Assembly: GCA_964016885.1 (NCBI GenBank)
Contig: OZ024742.1
Coordinates: 233,554,001 to 233,618,000, forward strand
Reading direction: 5' to 3'
Source of the DNA: Eledone cirrhosa
Taxonomy: Eukaryota
Length of the DNA stretch: 64,000 nucleotides
The notes below the pieces were generated by a model, which searched no databases, had not been told where the DNA came from, and was given only the letters and a program-made list of their open reading frames with translations. Below, one piece after another: positions 32,152 to 45,800 of this stretch. The position numbers and the translations under genes were made by a program. How positions within the stretch are numbered: position 1 is the first letter of the stretch; the number at the start of each line of letters is the position of its first letter.

Positions 32152-32893
32152 ATCATCACCCGGAGCTCTTCCTCTTGAGGAACTGCTTTGCCCTCCCCAA
32201 ATTTCTGTTCACGCTGCGCGGTGCACCTTATCACCTACACGCAGATTTTCTCGTTGAACTCAACGCCACCATCCGACGTTGTGCAGAACTTATCTGCAAT
32301 GTCAGCTTCGACAGCGCCGGCTGGCAACAGGCGAAGCTCCCAGCGAGGTTTAGTGGCCTCGGCCTCCGATCCGCATCGGATCTGGCTCTACCGTGCTACC
32401 TTTCCTCAATTTTCTCCAGTGGTGGTCTCGTCAGCGAGGTCCTCAGCAAGGCGGCCGAACCTGACGTGGCTCCAGAGCTCGAACAGGATCTGACCGACTG
32501 GTCGGGCGAGGTCCTGTTTGTCCCCCATTATACAAATTTCCAGCGTAACTGGGACGACGTCAAATGCAAGTCTTCCTTCAGGCGGATCGAGGCTGGCTTG
32601 GACCAACACCGCATCACTTGCCTCTGCTCCGCGGCTCAATTCAGTGCCCTCCTCATCGGCCGGTACCCTTCTTGATGACGGGTGCACTCGCATCTGAGTG
32701 ACCCAAACGCCTCGGCCTTTGCGTGTATGAGCCACATAAATGCCGTTACGGGGCGGTCGTTGACACGTTCGGCCTGCACCGACTGTCTTGTGGCCAGAGC
32801 GCAGGCCCGTTCCCGCGATACGCCGCTCTCAACGACATATTGAGAAAGAGCCTGGACGCAACTAGCTTCCCAACACAACGGGAGCCAGCACAG
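32152..32893 (+). mobile_element. CRE-clade non-LTR retrotransposon fragment (post-RT thumb to zinc knuckle)
   Basis: LLRNCFALPKFLFTLR..WQQAKLPARFSGLGLRSASDLALPCYLSS..CRYGAVVDTFGLHRLSC..RYAALNDILR; GC-rich; ends at (TA)n. Confidence 0.85.
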
Positions 32894-32978
<85 letters not shown>

Positions 32979-33012
32979 TATATATATAATATACATATGT
33001 ATATTATATATG

Positions 33013-33970
33013 CTTGCAGCCTCCTGGCCTTCGCCCAGGTCTGTACTATGCTCAAATTTATTCATAAGGTACCGATTGTAATCTGTCGTTGTGTCCATAC
33101 CGATTGTAATCTGTCGTAGTGTCCATTTTACTTAGAATAAAAGATGTTAAAAGGTATTCAAATATTGGATAACGTAATTTTAAAAAAATAATTAGAATAT
33201 CTAAATACAGAAAGTAAAGAAAATAACAGAAAAATGTATTCTACGAAAACTATAAAACATTAAATGTTTTCTTTGTAGCATATATGAAGTGGTTTGGGGT
33301 TTTCTTAGTCTGGAATAACTACATACAATGAACCATGTGATAAACAGCCCTCTTCTAGATGGGGACTGGCAAATTTAGAACGTGTTAATGGTCATTGCGT
33401 AACTGACTCTCACTGGGAAAAAGGACACCTGTTAGTTTTAGCAATATTCTAGGTATAAATGCGATGTCTCCCATATAAATGCGATGTCTCACATCGATAA
33501 TGTGAGTCTGTAGTTCAGTCAAAACCATACGCGTCCCATTGCACAATCTTGGCTGATCGAAGTTTCTGAGAAGCATGGTGACTGTGCCCTCCTTCAATTC
33601 AATGTTGTGTGGCAGCATACCGGGTGGTTCCAGACGGTTGAGAAATTCAACGGGATAATGAACAACATCGTCCTTTTTCGACAAGACTTTGTCAATCGAT
33701 TTATAGGTCTGGCTACCTCCAGGGATCATTTGATGGCATTAACTGTGATGTTTTTGTTGGCAAGGATTGCTCTTTCACACAGCCATTCTTCATTGGAATG
33801 GTGGATTTGGAAATTAAGAAACACTTGATTAAAAATTAAGAAAATTGGAAATTAAGAAACACTTGATAATTGAGCTTAAAACACTTTCCACAACAGTACA
33901 AAATGATGAACAGTCAAAACATCCTTCTGTATGAAGGGATTGCTTTTCTATAAATTTAAAATGACTGTGA
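33013..33970 (-). mobile_element. Second Helitron helicase 3' remnant
   Basis: WLCERAILA, YPVEFLNRLEPPGMLPHNIELKEG..MLLRNFDQPRLCNGTR, CLSHG; terminal hairpin cctgg..ccagg near 33023-33039. Confidence 0.9.
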
Positions 33971-34049
33971 AGTGCTTATCCGTAACACCGAGAGTTCCCC
34001 TCCCTACCAGCCTCAGTTATTTGCTTGGATGGGGTGGGGGGGGGGGGCT

Positions 34050-34336
34050 GTTGCAGAGGCTGGATTCCTGGAGGATTTGTAAAAGAAAAAGAAGAGAAAA
34101 AAGAAAAAGTGGTAATGATAATAAAAATAAAGATATAATAAAAATAATTTTTTTTAAAGGAGGAAGGAAAAAAACAGAGAGAGAAATTTCTTCCTTCATT
34201 TCTCTCTTTATTTTCTCCCTTTTCTTTTTTTAAATTTATATTTTCATTATATTTATTATTTTTTAATTATCTTTATTATTTTTCTCTTGTTTCTCTTTTT
34301 TTTTTTCAAATCGACCAAGAACCCAGCCTCTGTAAC
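34050..34336. mobile_element. MITE-like foldback element
   Basis: gttgcagaggctggattcctgg / ccaagaacccagcctctgtaac inverted ends, with mirrored A-rich and T-rich interiors. Confidence 0.6.
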
Positions 34337-34779
34337 CTAAAGGATACCTTTAATCATGGTTATACTTATACTTTTATTTATTATTATATTTTTACCCATG
34401 CTTTTATCTGCAAACCCGGGAGACAGGGCACCCGTCAGATATCGAATATTATCTACTTTAGACTATGGAATTTATTCGTTTTTGATTATTGCCATAAATA
34501 AGACGATCTTAACTAACTACAAGTATTTAAATCTGACGCCTTTCTTATTTCTTTCTTCTGTTTTCTGTCTTCGGCTACATATAATTGTGTGAGCCAGTTT
34601 CATGTGGCAGTTTTTGTATTGATTGAGAAGTTCCACACACGCTTATCACACATGCCATTTCTGTTATTTCTCTCATACACTATACCATATTAAAATATTC
34701 AATACATACATACCGTACCACATAACTTCTTAAAAATAATGTTGATCTCTCAATACAAGGAGTACACACACACACACAC

Positions 34780-34967
<188 letters not shown>

Positions 34968-35115
34968 GCAAGACAAAGAAAACCTCTATATCCACTCTTA
35001 ATTTTTTTCAGCTTCTTCCACAAACCCCTTCCAAAGACTTGACACAATTGAACCCACCCTAATACCCACAAAACACGCACACCTCAAAAAGGCCATATGG
35101 ACCATTATTATGAAT

Positions 35116-35303
35116 GGGCGGTGAATTGGCAGTATCGGTAGAGAGTCGGACGCCATGCTTTCCAGCATAGTTACGTCCCTTTACGGTCTGAGTTCAAATC
35201 CCGTCGAGGTAAACTTTGCCTTTCATCCTTACCGGGTCGATAAAATAAAGTACCAGTAATAAACTGGGTAATTGCTGGCCTTGTGCCAAAAGTAGAAACA
35301 GTT
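35116..35303 (+). mobile_element. tRNA-derived SINE copy
   Basis: Full-length match to the family; short TSD ttatgaat. Confidence 0.9.
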
Positions 35304-35816
35304 ATGAATGGTAAGGGCATTTTCTATTTTTAACCAAGTGAATTCAATTGAACCCTGGCTTGTAGAACAGTGCTTCCGCCTTCCCCACCTCACCTTCATA
35401 AAGAACATATATATATATATATAAGAAATTTTGACAGATAATTCCCATATATTCAAAGGGCTCACAGAATAATACATGAAAAGCATTTTCTAAAATATTT
35501 AATATGTGATAAGATAGTTATACCAATCGAAACTTCGAAACTAATTATATTTAATGCAACAATTATACAAAATTAATCATTCAATCGGGTTAAAGAAAAC
35601 GATCTTTAAATATACTTCTGTGCTTTTTCACCTTCACTTTTTAACTATATATATATACTCAATACATTAACAGAAAAAGCTTTAAGCTATACTTTGACTG
35701 GCTTCCATCTCACTCAACAAACATTAGGATATACCTTAGTATAATCCCAATTTTACGTTTGGGGTGCTAACTATATGTATTTTGCGGAAAGCCAGTTGTA
35801 TTATTTTATACAGTTG

Positions 35817-35974
<158 letters not shown>

Positions 35975-36136
35975 CCAGGAATCTTTAAGATATCTCCCCA
36001 CCGAAGTTAACAAAGAACTTACTAGATCTACAAAACCAAATTGTAAAATTATAATACTATTAAATTGTTTAGAGTGAAGTCACTCTTTTCCTTTTTTATA
36101 TATATACCTAACTGTACCAAGTATTTCACACACTTT

Positions 36137-36168
<32 letters not shown>

Positions 36169-36171
<3 letters not shown>

Positions 36172-36523
36172 AAAGAGATGAAATCGAAAATGCAACTGGA
36201 GTCTTATTTTTTTTTTAAATATATATATTTATTTGGTTCCTTTACAGGTTTCGCAGTTCTTCTGCTTTTCAAAAGGTGAGTTGAGATGGAGGGTCTCTGG
36301 TTTTTCTCACAGATGTGAGAAAAACCACAGACCCTCCATCTCAACTCACCTTTTGAAAAGCAGAAGAACTGCGAAACCGGTAAAGGAACCAAATAAATAT
36401 ATATATATTTTTTTTAAATAAGACTCCAGTTGCATTTTCGATTTCATCTCTTTTTCTTTATACTTTCACTCTTGTAGGACACCTCGGTTATTTTTCAATT
36501 TGTAAAAAAAAACCTCACTTTCT
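36169..36523. mobile_element. Mini-element family D, 288-bp near-perfect foldback plus tail
   Basis: 36169-36456 is palindromic around tctcacagatgtgaga; HHR on both arms (36239-36276 -, 36349-36386 +); (TA)n flanks. Confidence 0.9.
36349..36386 (+). ncRNA. Minimal hammerhead ribozyme (variant core TTGAAAA)
   Basis: cctt-TTGAAAA-gcag aagaa ctgc-GAAA-CCGG-TA-aagg, followed by AATAAA. Confidence 0.75.
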
Positions 36524-36584
36524 AATATATATATATATAAAATATTTATATATATATATAAAAGAAATCAAAGAACGTCTACAT

Positions 36585-36632
36585 ACTCATACAATGTTTC
36601 ATCCATACCGTGGGGCAGGAATCATCAGAGCT
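36585..36632 (-). ncRNA. Minimal hammerhead ribozyme motif
   Basis: Minus strand: gct-CTGATGA-ttcctgccccacggtatggat-GAAA-cattg-TA; stem I imperfect. Confidence 0.65.
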
Positions 36633-36883
36633 TTATAAACAAAAATATAGTGCTGAGTGTAAGCTCTACCAAGCTTAGTCACCAGAACATTAGATATACA
36701 GTACAGGATAATAAGAGGGAGATTGGAAATGGGAAGGATGGAGAGAATGCGTAATGGTGTTGTTATTCAACATTACAGCTACATATGAGGATATAGGCAG
36801 ATTTTCTCACAAGAGACGGAGGCACGTGAGGGCACTCAGAAACAAATAAAGTATTTAAAGATAGTTAAACAATATAATAATAA

Positions 36884-37069
36884 TTGTTTCTACTTTAGGC
36901 ACAAGGCCAGCAATTACCCAGTGCATTACTGGTACTTTATTTTATCGACCCCGTAAGGATGAAAGGCAAAGTCAACCTCGGCGGGATTTGAACTCAGATC
37001 GTAAAGGGACGTAACTATGCTGGAAAGCATGGCGTCCGACCCTCTACCGATACCGCCAATCCACCGCCC
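36884..37069 (-). mobile_element. tRNA-derived SINE copy
   Basis: Full length; TSD taaacaatataataataa on both sides. Confidence 0.9.
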
Positions 37070-37233
37070 TAAACAATATAATAATAATAAAAAAGTAAAA
37101 GAAAAATAATAATATAATAATAATAAAAAAGTAAAAGAAAAATAATAATATAAAAAGATAAATAAATAATAAAAAAAATTAAACCACACAAAAGCAACAG
37201 AGGAAGTTATGCATTAGTCACTATATAGAACAG

Positions 37234-37375
<142 letters not shown>

Positions 37376-37740
37376 TCAAAAAGTATAGGCGACAAACAAC
37401 ATATGGAGAACATAATCCAACACACCATATAGCAACATGTGATTAAAAGAATATATACTACAAATGTTACTCAGAGTTAAACAGGCTATTGCAAAAACTA
37501 ATTTCGTAATCATGACTATTTCTGTAAACCTACCTATATTTTAAAAAAATTATAATTTATTTTGTAGAAACCAATTTTTTTCGTTGCGTACAAAAAAATA
37601 GGTGCTCATTCAAACCTATATTATTCTATTCCCTATATAACGTGATTTCCACAGATTTCCTTAATAATCTAACGTTTTAATTTTTACTATTGCATTCTAT
37701 AATTTTTACTATTGCATTCTATAATATCTGAATATGCCAC

Positions 37741-39930
37741 ATGGAAAAACCTGATAAAAACATAAATGAGGAATTCCTCAAAGAACTGAAAGAAATAAGT
37801 ACAAACTTATTCATCGTAACAGAAAAACTGGACAAATTTCATGGATTCGAGGAAAAACACACAACAAAAGATGAATTCAGTCGAATCTTCAATAACATAG
37901 AAAAACTATTCAAAACCATAGAAACGAACGTTCAAACATTACTAATGGAAGATAACTTATCACTTACAGAATCATTTGAAAATATCTCCAGATCTACTTT
38001 TCTCATAAAAAAAAACCGAATAGACTACATATGTACTATAATCTTCTACCTCAAAAAATTCACATACTGGGACATGCTAAAGAATAACAGTAAGGCAGAG
38101 ATCTACGAAGGCTGGATAAGCTCAACTCTGTAGACACTACTGAGGGAGGTACAACTCAAACTGATCAACGAAGAGCCAGAAACACCCAAACAACTACGAC
38201 AAAAACTGTCTCTCGAAAATATACGAAGTGAAATCGGACTAATGAAATTAAGAGCAAGCACAAATCACCAAAAATACAAGGACATTGATAAACAAATTAA
38301 AATTGAAATCTCAAAACAATTCGATGGAGAACTACTAGATCAAGTTTTTAAACCATGGAAACAAAAATATGAGAACGAGGAACTGATGTCATTACGAATA
38401 TGGGAGAAAAACGAAAATTGGTTCTCAAACTAAGAACAATCTAAAATAGAATACAACTCAGAAAACATATTTTGAAGAATGCAAAAGTTAACATCATGGA
38501 GCGCTACACAGATACAGCACAGTCTCAATATTCAACTTACCAAAGAAAACAAAAATATAGACTAAACACTGACAAAATCTTTACCAAAAGGGGAATCAGA
38601 AAATTCCTAAGACAACATTTAAACACATATTTAGACTACCAATGAGAAATAACATACTCCAAACCCTGGTGTGAATAAATAATACCGGACAAAACCACAG
38701 TCACCCTAAAGAAATGATGACAAAGTGGATACATGTAACGACAGAACATCAAACATTAATCAAATCTTCAGAGAGAATAGACCCCACAGAAATAATCTCA
38801 GACTGTACCTAAGTCAACACATAAGGAACAAATACAAGGAACAAAATAACTTATGCAATACGGAAATACACAATAATTACAAAAGTAATGATTTAAAATA
38901 TACGGGTAATAGGAATAATATAGAGAAACCGTTTTTTAAACAGAAACCAGGCGTATATGGACAGAACATGGGATGTTCTACACTCATGGGAAATCAAAAG
39001 TTATCAAGCACTCTCAAAAACCGTTAACACCCATACAAACAGATATATTAAATAAAACTCTAAAATGTACACCAATTTATCAAAAATCAAATACACCAGA
39101 AATTAAAAATGATATTTTGGGTTTCTGTAGAAGACTCAACCTAGCGGAACAATTCTTTCAAGAGGAAAACAACGGTGAATCATTAATTAAAATCAAAAAC
39201 GAATATCTATCCACAAAAGTCAGGAATACAGCTCTTGGTGAATTTTGTGGATACATTTCAAATTTTCCAGTTGACAAACTAGAAATGACATATGGTCAAA
39301 CAATGGAACAATCTAAATGACCTAGAACCGGACAGAAATGTTGTTTTAAAAAAAACTGACAAAGGGGGTTCTGTTGTCATTAAACACTATACAAACATTG
39401 TACACAGTATACTACAGGATAGTACAAACAATGAAGCAGCCAAAGATTACAAACTTCATAGAATGAAGAAACAACTCACTTATTTTCTACACCTATACCG
39501 AAATTATCTTACCAATTTTAGCAATCTTTATGGAGTACCTAAAATACACAAGAATAAACTAATCAATAAAACATGCGGAAAGTCAAAAACCAATCTTGTT
39601 AGTTTAACCTCACCAACTGACTTAAAACTAAAACCAATTATAGCAGTTCTGATTTGCAGAACACACTACCTAATTTCTGAGACATCTTGATGAAGCTTTT
39701 CTTCAAACACAATCGGTGCTTCATACGTCTACCAAATAAGATAAACCAAAACCTTAGGTTAGGTTTGATGTTTTAAACCTATATAGCAGCATTCCACACG
39801 ACTTCAGAATTGAACCTATTAAATACTGGCTAGACTCATTTTCATATCGGCTACCAAGCCATAATATTAGAAAATTCATTATAGATGGCTTTCAATTTAT
39901 CTTAAAAATCAATTATTTCATGTTTTTCAT
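37741..39930 (+). mobile_element. Decayed Penelope-like element (N-terminal region plus 5' half of RT)
   Basis: KVIKHSQKPLTPIQTDILNKTLKCTP, VVLKKTDKGGSVVI, NLYGVPKIHK, LKPII, FDVLNLYSSIPHD; same family as 18005-20060. Confidence 0.9.
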
Positions 39931-40704
39931 TCAGGTCTTATATTCTACAGACTTCCAAAAGACAACTGTCCGGGACATTGTCAAATTTTTTTCAATAGTC
40001 ACCCGCAAGAAAGATGCTTTTTCTTGTTTACGGTGTTATCATTTTGCTTCTTATTAACAGTTCCCAACAGATATTGATGTCAATATTTCAGTAAGTGTTC
40101 GCGGTCAACTTTACCTTTCATCATTCTGTGGTCGATTAAATAGGTACCAGTCACAAATGAATATTCAGAAAACCAGATAAAAGATTTTTGCACGAAGTGG
40201 ATGCTGTTGCTCGAAACAGTGATATTCTTTTCTTTCGTGACAATTTAATTTTTATTTGAATTTTGACTTAAATTGTATTTTAATTTTATTTACTTTATTT
40301 ATTTATTTATTTATTTTTGCGAATAAACAGTTCTAAGAATACAAAGAAAGAGCTCTTTGACCACCGATAATTATGTCCTTTTATTTCGTATTTTCTCATG
40401 TTAATTACTTTCATAAAATTATTTTCTCAATAGATGTTTGTAATGTTATGTCATCATAAATAAAAATAAATCTTTGGAATTTGCCTTTTGCTAGTATTTG
40501 TTTACTACCATAGGAATCAACAAAATCTTCTTCAAATCATATTTTACCGTCTTAAAAAGAAGACATATTTATTAATGTAGCCTCAATAAACTAAATCTGA
40601 AAATAAAATGCTATGGTCACGGCTGGAATGGCTTAGACAATAGGTTTGCTTGACCAGGGCTGGCAACAACAACAATAAATCTCTGTGATCAATATAAATA
40701 TTAC

Positions 40705-40798
40705 ATGTCTAATGGTCTCAATCTTATAGAGATTCTTTGACCCAAGCTGCTTTTCGTTCTGTTTAGGGTTTTTAACTGGTGTGCTCAGAAAATTATCT
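40705..40798 (-). CDS. Candidate exon, unidentified
   Basis: Acceptor ctttgcttccttattttcag, open frame DNFLSTPVKNPKQNEKQLGSKNLYKIETIRH, donor gtaata. Confidence 0.25.
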
Positions 40799-41039
40799 CT
40801 GAAAATAAGGAAGCAAAGTCGTTCTTCGCAGTCTTTTGATTCAGAAGCTTAAAGTACTGGCAACTTCTAACCCCTCAGTTCACTGATCCCAGAAATTACG
40901 TTAATTATTTGATTATAAAAAAATATGTAGGAATACCGAAACTTTTGGTTGCTGTAAACGAAGTTATATATTAAAGTCATTGAGAACATTTCACTTTTGG
41001 TTTCACTTATTAATGTTTTCATATAGAAACAGTTATTGT

Positions 41040-41300
41040 TGTTCCAGCAATGATCAACTTAACTTTCCATTTCTACACCGTGGAATAGCTATTTAATGTC
41101 AAGTGCTCGATTACGAACATCAGATCTTTTTCTCGTAAATCCCACCAGAGATTGACAGTATTTTCTAGATAGTTTCTTCGTTGTGGAAACTCTTTAAATA
41201 GAGGCTAGCATATTAAAAGGTTTGGTGCCTTCACCGATTGCAGAACAACACTTCAGAGCTTTGGCAGATTTATGATCCTATCTCTTACGTTAAATTAAAC
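41040..41300 (-). mobile_element. Probable mariner transposase N-terminal remnant
   Basis: Minus-strand HKSAKALKCCSAIGEGT..FHNEETI..SGG loosely resembles the mariner HTH region; very decayed. Confidence 0.35.
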
Positions 41301-41578
41301 GCATCAGATTTATTGACTTCTATTGACACACACCAGCCTTTAGACTGTTGATACTTTTGGCTTCCACCAGACTAGCCATTAGTACTCATTTCCTTGCTCC
41401 GGACATTGCTACTGTCACCTATTTCCTCGTTACTTTCACTACACGCTTTATAAGAAAACTATGAGGCTCACTTTCAATTGAAATGCCGCTCAATATTGGC
41501 AACGAATGCCACTGTTTCTACACTGAAACTGGCTGTCAACGGAAGAAAATTAAATCAAATAATAGTCAAGGAGAGACA

Positions 41579-41613
<35 letters not shown>

Positions 41614-41813
41614 AGCTAGTTTAAGAAGAATATGAACGGGCTTTCCGCCGATAATTTTCACACTTATAAAAACAAATTCATGCTTCAGATCACTTAAATA
41701 ATTTGTTGGAATCGTTTTATATATTTCGCTTAACAACTACTCTGTCATTAACATATTTGCTGTTTAACTCAAACCAGTTAGTCATATTTATCTTTCTCTT
41801 GACTGAATCTTTG

Positions 41814-41865
<52 letters not shown>

Positions 41866-41884
41866 TCGAAAATATTCTTACTTG

Positions 41885-41964
<80 letters not shown>

Positions 41965-41992
41965 TAGAAAGTAAACAACATAATATAACTAC

Positions 41993-42058
41993 TCCATTAA
42001 CAAAGGTTTCGGGATCCTAGACAATATTAACATACGTCTAGTTCGCTCATCAGATGAA
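41993..42058 (-). ncRNA. Hammerhead ribozyme motif inside a short foldback (41962-42083)
   Basis: Minus strand: ttcat-CTGATGA-(ctagac..gtctag)-GAAA-cctttgt-TA-atgga; flanked by 22-bp inverted repeats. Confidence 0.7.
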
Positions 42059-42243
42059 AAGTTATGTTGTTTACTTTCTAATTAAATAGCTCTGTACTTT
42101 ACATAGAGCACTCTTTTTTCCTTTGCCTTTTCTTCGGAAATACTTAACATATAGATCGAACCTTGAGCTGGACAGTGGCGAAACGCGCGTCACCAACCAA
42201 TAAACGTAATGAAGGAGTAACCAATCGTCCTTGTAATCTTATT

Positions 42244-42279
<36 letters not shown>

Positions 42280-42450
42280 TTGAAATTTCCGTTGGAAACA
42301 GAAAAGGTCATAGAAATGTATACATACACATACACACACCTAACTATTTTTCTTGATAGATTTTTATATATTTCAATTTCTATTTCATTTATCTATATAT
42401 TTTTTTGATTTTCTTGATGTGTTTTTCTAAGTATTTGCCCATGTTTTATA

Positions 42451-42526
42451 TTGCCTCGTCTGACGAACGAATGAAGTCGTTTATTTCGTATTCGCCTCAT
42501 TCGAGAAACCTCTGGTAATGAGGTAA
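42451..42526 (+). ncRNA. Type I hammerhead ribozyme
   Basis: ttgcctcgt-CTGACGA-(cgaatga..tcattcg)-GAAA-cc tct gg-TA-atgaggtaa; all three stems pair; GUA triplet. Confidence 0.85.
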
Positions 42527-42534
42527 TTGTATTG

Positions 42535-42586
<52 letters not shown>

Positions 42587-42675
42587 ATGGAAAATTTGAA
42601 CAGGAACAAGACAGAGAGGCAGTACAACGAATGTTTATTAATTTCACGCTCTTGAGAGTGGGGTGGTGGTGGGGA

Positions 42676-42710
42676 ACGACGTTTCGGGCATAAGCCCTTC
42701 TTCAGGTGAA
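42676..42710 (-). ncRNA. Minimal PLE-type hammerhead ribozyme
   Basis: Minus strand: CTGAAGA-agggcttatgccc-GAAA-CG-TC; AATAAA downstream; stem I only 2 bp. Confidence 0.7.
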
Positions 42711-42808
42711 AAGTGTGTGGGAAGAGAGTTCAAAGGGTGTGTAGGGGAGTGGTGGAGAGACATATAGCAAAAAGGGGGTGGGAGGAAACGGTGCAAATGA
42801 AATTAAAA

Positions 42809-42854
<46 letters not shown>

Positions 42855-43245
42855 GTGTGTGTGTGTGTATGTATGTATGTAAAAGGTAAACAGAAATAAC
42901 AACACAATCGGTACAGTATATGGAAGGGATATATTAGGTTAATGCTTGATATAGCAGGAAGAGGGTCTTAACGTTTCGGACGCTAAGGTCGTGGTATAGT
43001 AATAAAAACATTAAAATGACTGTGTCCCACATATATACTGCGTTGTTTTAATTGTTTTCTTTTTACCATTTAAAGCCGTTTTATTTCAATATTCCCTGTT
43101 CCCTTACAATCAACAACACAGTGAGAGAATCATTTAGTCTGTCTAAAGTTTGAGAACTCCTTACTATGGTGAAGAGATTTAGGAGGCAATCTTTAAGATT
43201 AGTAAACTACTGAGATGGTGTATATGTCTGTAATTCAGTCTGGAA

Positions 43246-43422
43246 TGGCAGTATCGGTAGAGAGTCGGACGCCATGCTTTCCAGCATAGTTACGTCCCTT
43301 TACGGACTGAGTTCAAATCCTGCCGAGGTTAACTTTGCTTTTCATCCTTTCGAGGTCGATAAAATAAAGTACCAGTAATGTACTGGGTAATTGCTGGCCT
43401 TGTGTCAAAAGTAGAAACAATT
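43246..43422 (+). mobile_element. tRNA-derived SINE copy
   Basis: Family match, slightly 5' truncated. Confidence 0.9.
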
Positions 43423-43489
43423 AATCTAACAACCAGCTATTTTATTGTAGTCAGCGGGCCGCCACTGAATTTAAAGAAACTTACCATTA

Positions 43490-43800
43490 CAGTATTCGCG
43501 GTTCGATACTCGCGGTCCCGGTTATTCGCAGAATTTTCCTTAGACCTTAACTAATAATTGTTCGTGGAATCGTAAATATCCTCTGCGATCTTTTTAATAG
43601 TTTTTTTCGTGGCAATATATATTTTTTTACGCTTTTTAACGCTAAATTATTAATAACAATATACTGTATTTGCTGGCCTATAGTTTACGTTATGTTTTGA
43701 TATTTATAGGCATTTTTATTGACAACGTCCAATATTCGCGGTGTTTCACTCTTCGCGGGTGCTCTAGGAACATAAGCCCCAGGAATACCGGGAGAATTGA
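43490..43800. mobile_element. Pogo/Tigger-like MITE remnant
   Basis: Starts TA-CAGT; repeated subterminal attcgcgg motifs near both ends. Confidence 0.55.
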
Positions 43801-44791
43801 AGTTTTAAGTTTAGTTCGAACACATTTGTACTTAAAACTAAAAAAGAAAGAAAAGAAACTGAAACGTGTGTAAATAGGATACTAGATTAGGTAAAGCCAA
43901 CGAGCGACTTCTACGTAGTCACTTTACCTGCTTGAAATAGCAGCCAAATCTCCCTCATATCATGACCGATTATCTTAAATGATACATTAGATAATGTAAT
44001 GCTAACTACCCCTAAACGGATGAGATGGTCATAATTTGTATGCTATTTGTCATAGGTCTGTTTGATATGACTTCACTTAGCTCTAAGCAACAACAACTGT
44101 AATAAATGGTGATACCATCCTTACTGACAATTCTCATTCTTAACAATATTCCGTGAACGATTGGTTTCGTACTAAAAATTCTGCAGGTGCTATTATCGTC
44201 CAAACGTGAACGGGTCAAATACATCAGACCTGCATTTTCTTCAAGTTGTCAACTCCCTTTATTTTCACTCTCTATGCCTTCCATTTCACTCCTAAATAAT
44301 AAAGCTCCTGGATATGCCGATGAAAAGATTAAGAATTGGCAAGAAATAGATAGATGGACGAGAAGAGAGCGAGGAGCGGATAATATGTGATGATAGAAGT
44401 GTAAAGTCGAAGAAAAAGTGATGGGAGAAGAGAAGGTAGCGAGAACTGGGGTAAGAATGGGAGACAAATAAAGAGAGAGAGGAAGAGAGTAGGGTGAAAG
44501 AGAGAGAGAGGGGAAGAGGAAGAGGGTGAAAGAGAGAGGAAGAGAGAGAGGTGTGAGAGAGAGAGGAAGAGAGAGTGGTGCAATGTAATCACTTATTACA
44601 AGCCATTAATCTTTCGCCCAACAAGGACCTCTTCAAACATTATATCTGTTGTGTTGATGTGTATTTTATAGTGCTACTTTCACAGTTGTTAGAGACCCGT
44701 GTTGTTATTGTCTAAAATGTTTTATTTATTTTTCTTATTGTCACCGTCCGAGGGTGCTTTCATTTTATTGACGTTGATGTCTCTCTCTCTC

Positions 44792-44829
<38 letters not shown>

Positions 44830-44874
44830 ACACATATATGCATGTATACATATATACATATATATGTATGTATA

Positions 44875-45052
44875 TAGAGAGATAAATAGATAGATAGATA
44901 TAGATAAATAGATAGATAGATAGATTGATATAGATAAATAGATAGATAGATAGATATAGATAAATAGATAGATAGATAGATTGATATAGATAAATAGATA
45001 GATAGATAGATATAGATAAATAGATAGATAGATAGATAGATAGATATAGATA
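44875..45052. repeat. (GATA)n microsatellite
   Basis: Directly visible. Confidence 0.95.
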
Positions 45053-45092
45053 AGAAAAGTTAAGAGAACAATACAATGAAATAGTGCTGTAT

Positions 45093-45136
<44 letters not shown>

Positions 45137-45292
45137 CGGGGTGTAGTGCATATTTTGTATTGTTGTTTCGATGGTGATGATAAGGGTGAGGAAGAGAGGA
45201 GGAGGGTGGGACTGGGGTGGTGATAGCTACACTAATATTGACATTGGCCTTGCCTGGGACGGGACTGAGGTATCAATAATGGTGGTAATATC

Positions 45293-45516
45293 CAGTAGTA
45301 CTAGTAGTAGTGGTGGTGGTGGTGGTGGTGGTGGTGGTGGTGGTGGTGGTGGTGGTGGTAGTAGTAGTGGTGGTGGTGGTGGTGGTGGTGGTGGTGGTGG
45401 TGGTGGTGGTGGTGGTGGTGGTGGTGGTGGTGGTGGTGGTGGTGGTGGTGGTGGTGGTAGTAGTAGTAGTAGTACTAGTAGTAGTGGTGGTGGTGGTGGT
45501 GGTGGTGGTGGTGGTG

Positions 45517-45590
<74 letters not shown>

Positions 45591-45606
45591 GGTGGTGGTG
45601 GTGGTG

Positions 45607-45668
<62 letters not shown>

Positions 45669-45753
45669 GGTGGTGGTGGTGGTGGTGGTGGTAGTAGTGA
45701 TGGTGGTGGTGGTGGTAGTAGTGGTGGTGGTGGTGGTGGTGGTGGTGATGGTG

Positions 45754-45799
<46 letters not shown>

Positions 45800-45800
45800 A
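45293..45800. repeat. Compound (GGT)n/(AGT)n trinucleotide tract
   Basis: Directly visible; produces the poly-G/S and poly-V ORFs. Confidence 0.95.

Noticed and set aside
33070-33125. Short tandem duplications (also 33805-33867, 37075-37150, 37681-37725)
   Set aside because: Ordinary slippage or repair duplications.
35495-35550. Possible HHR (gtgataa..tcGAAAc)
   Set aside because: The core is too degenerate and stems I and III do not pair.
36204-36421. Two near-identical ORFs on opposite strands
   Set aside because: A by-product of the DNA palindrome.
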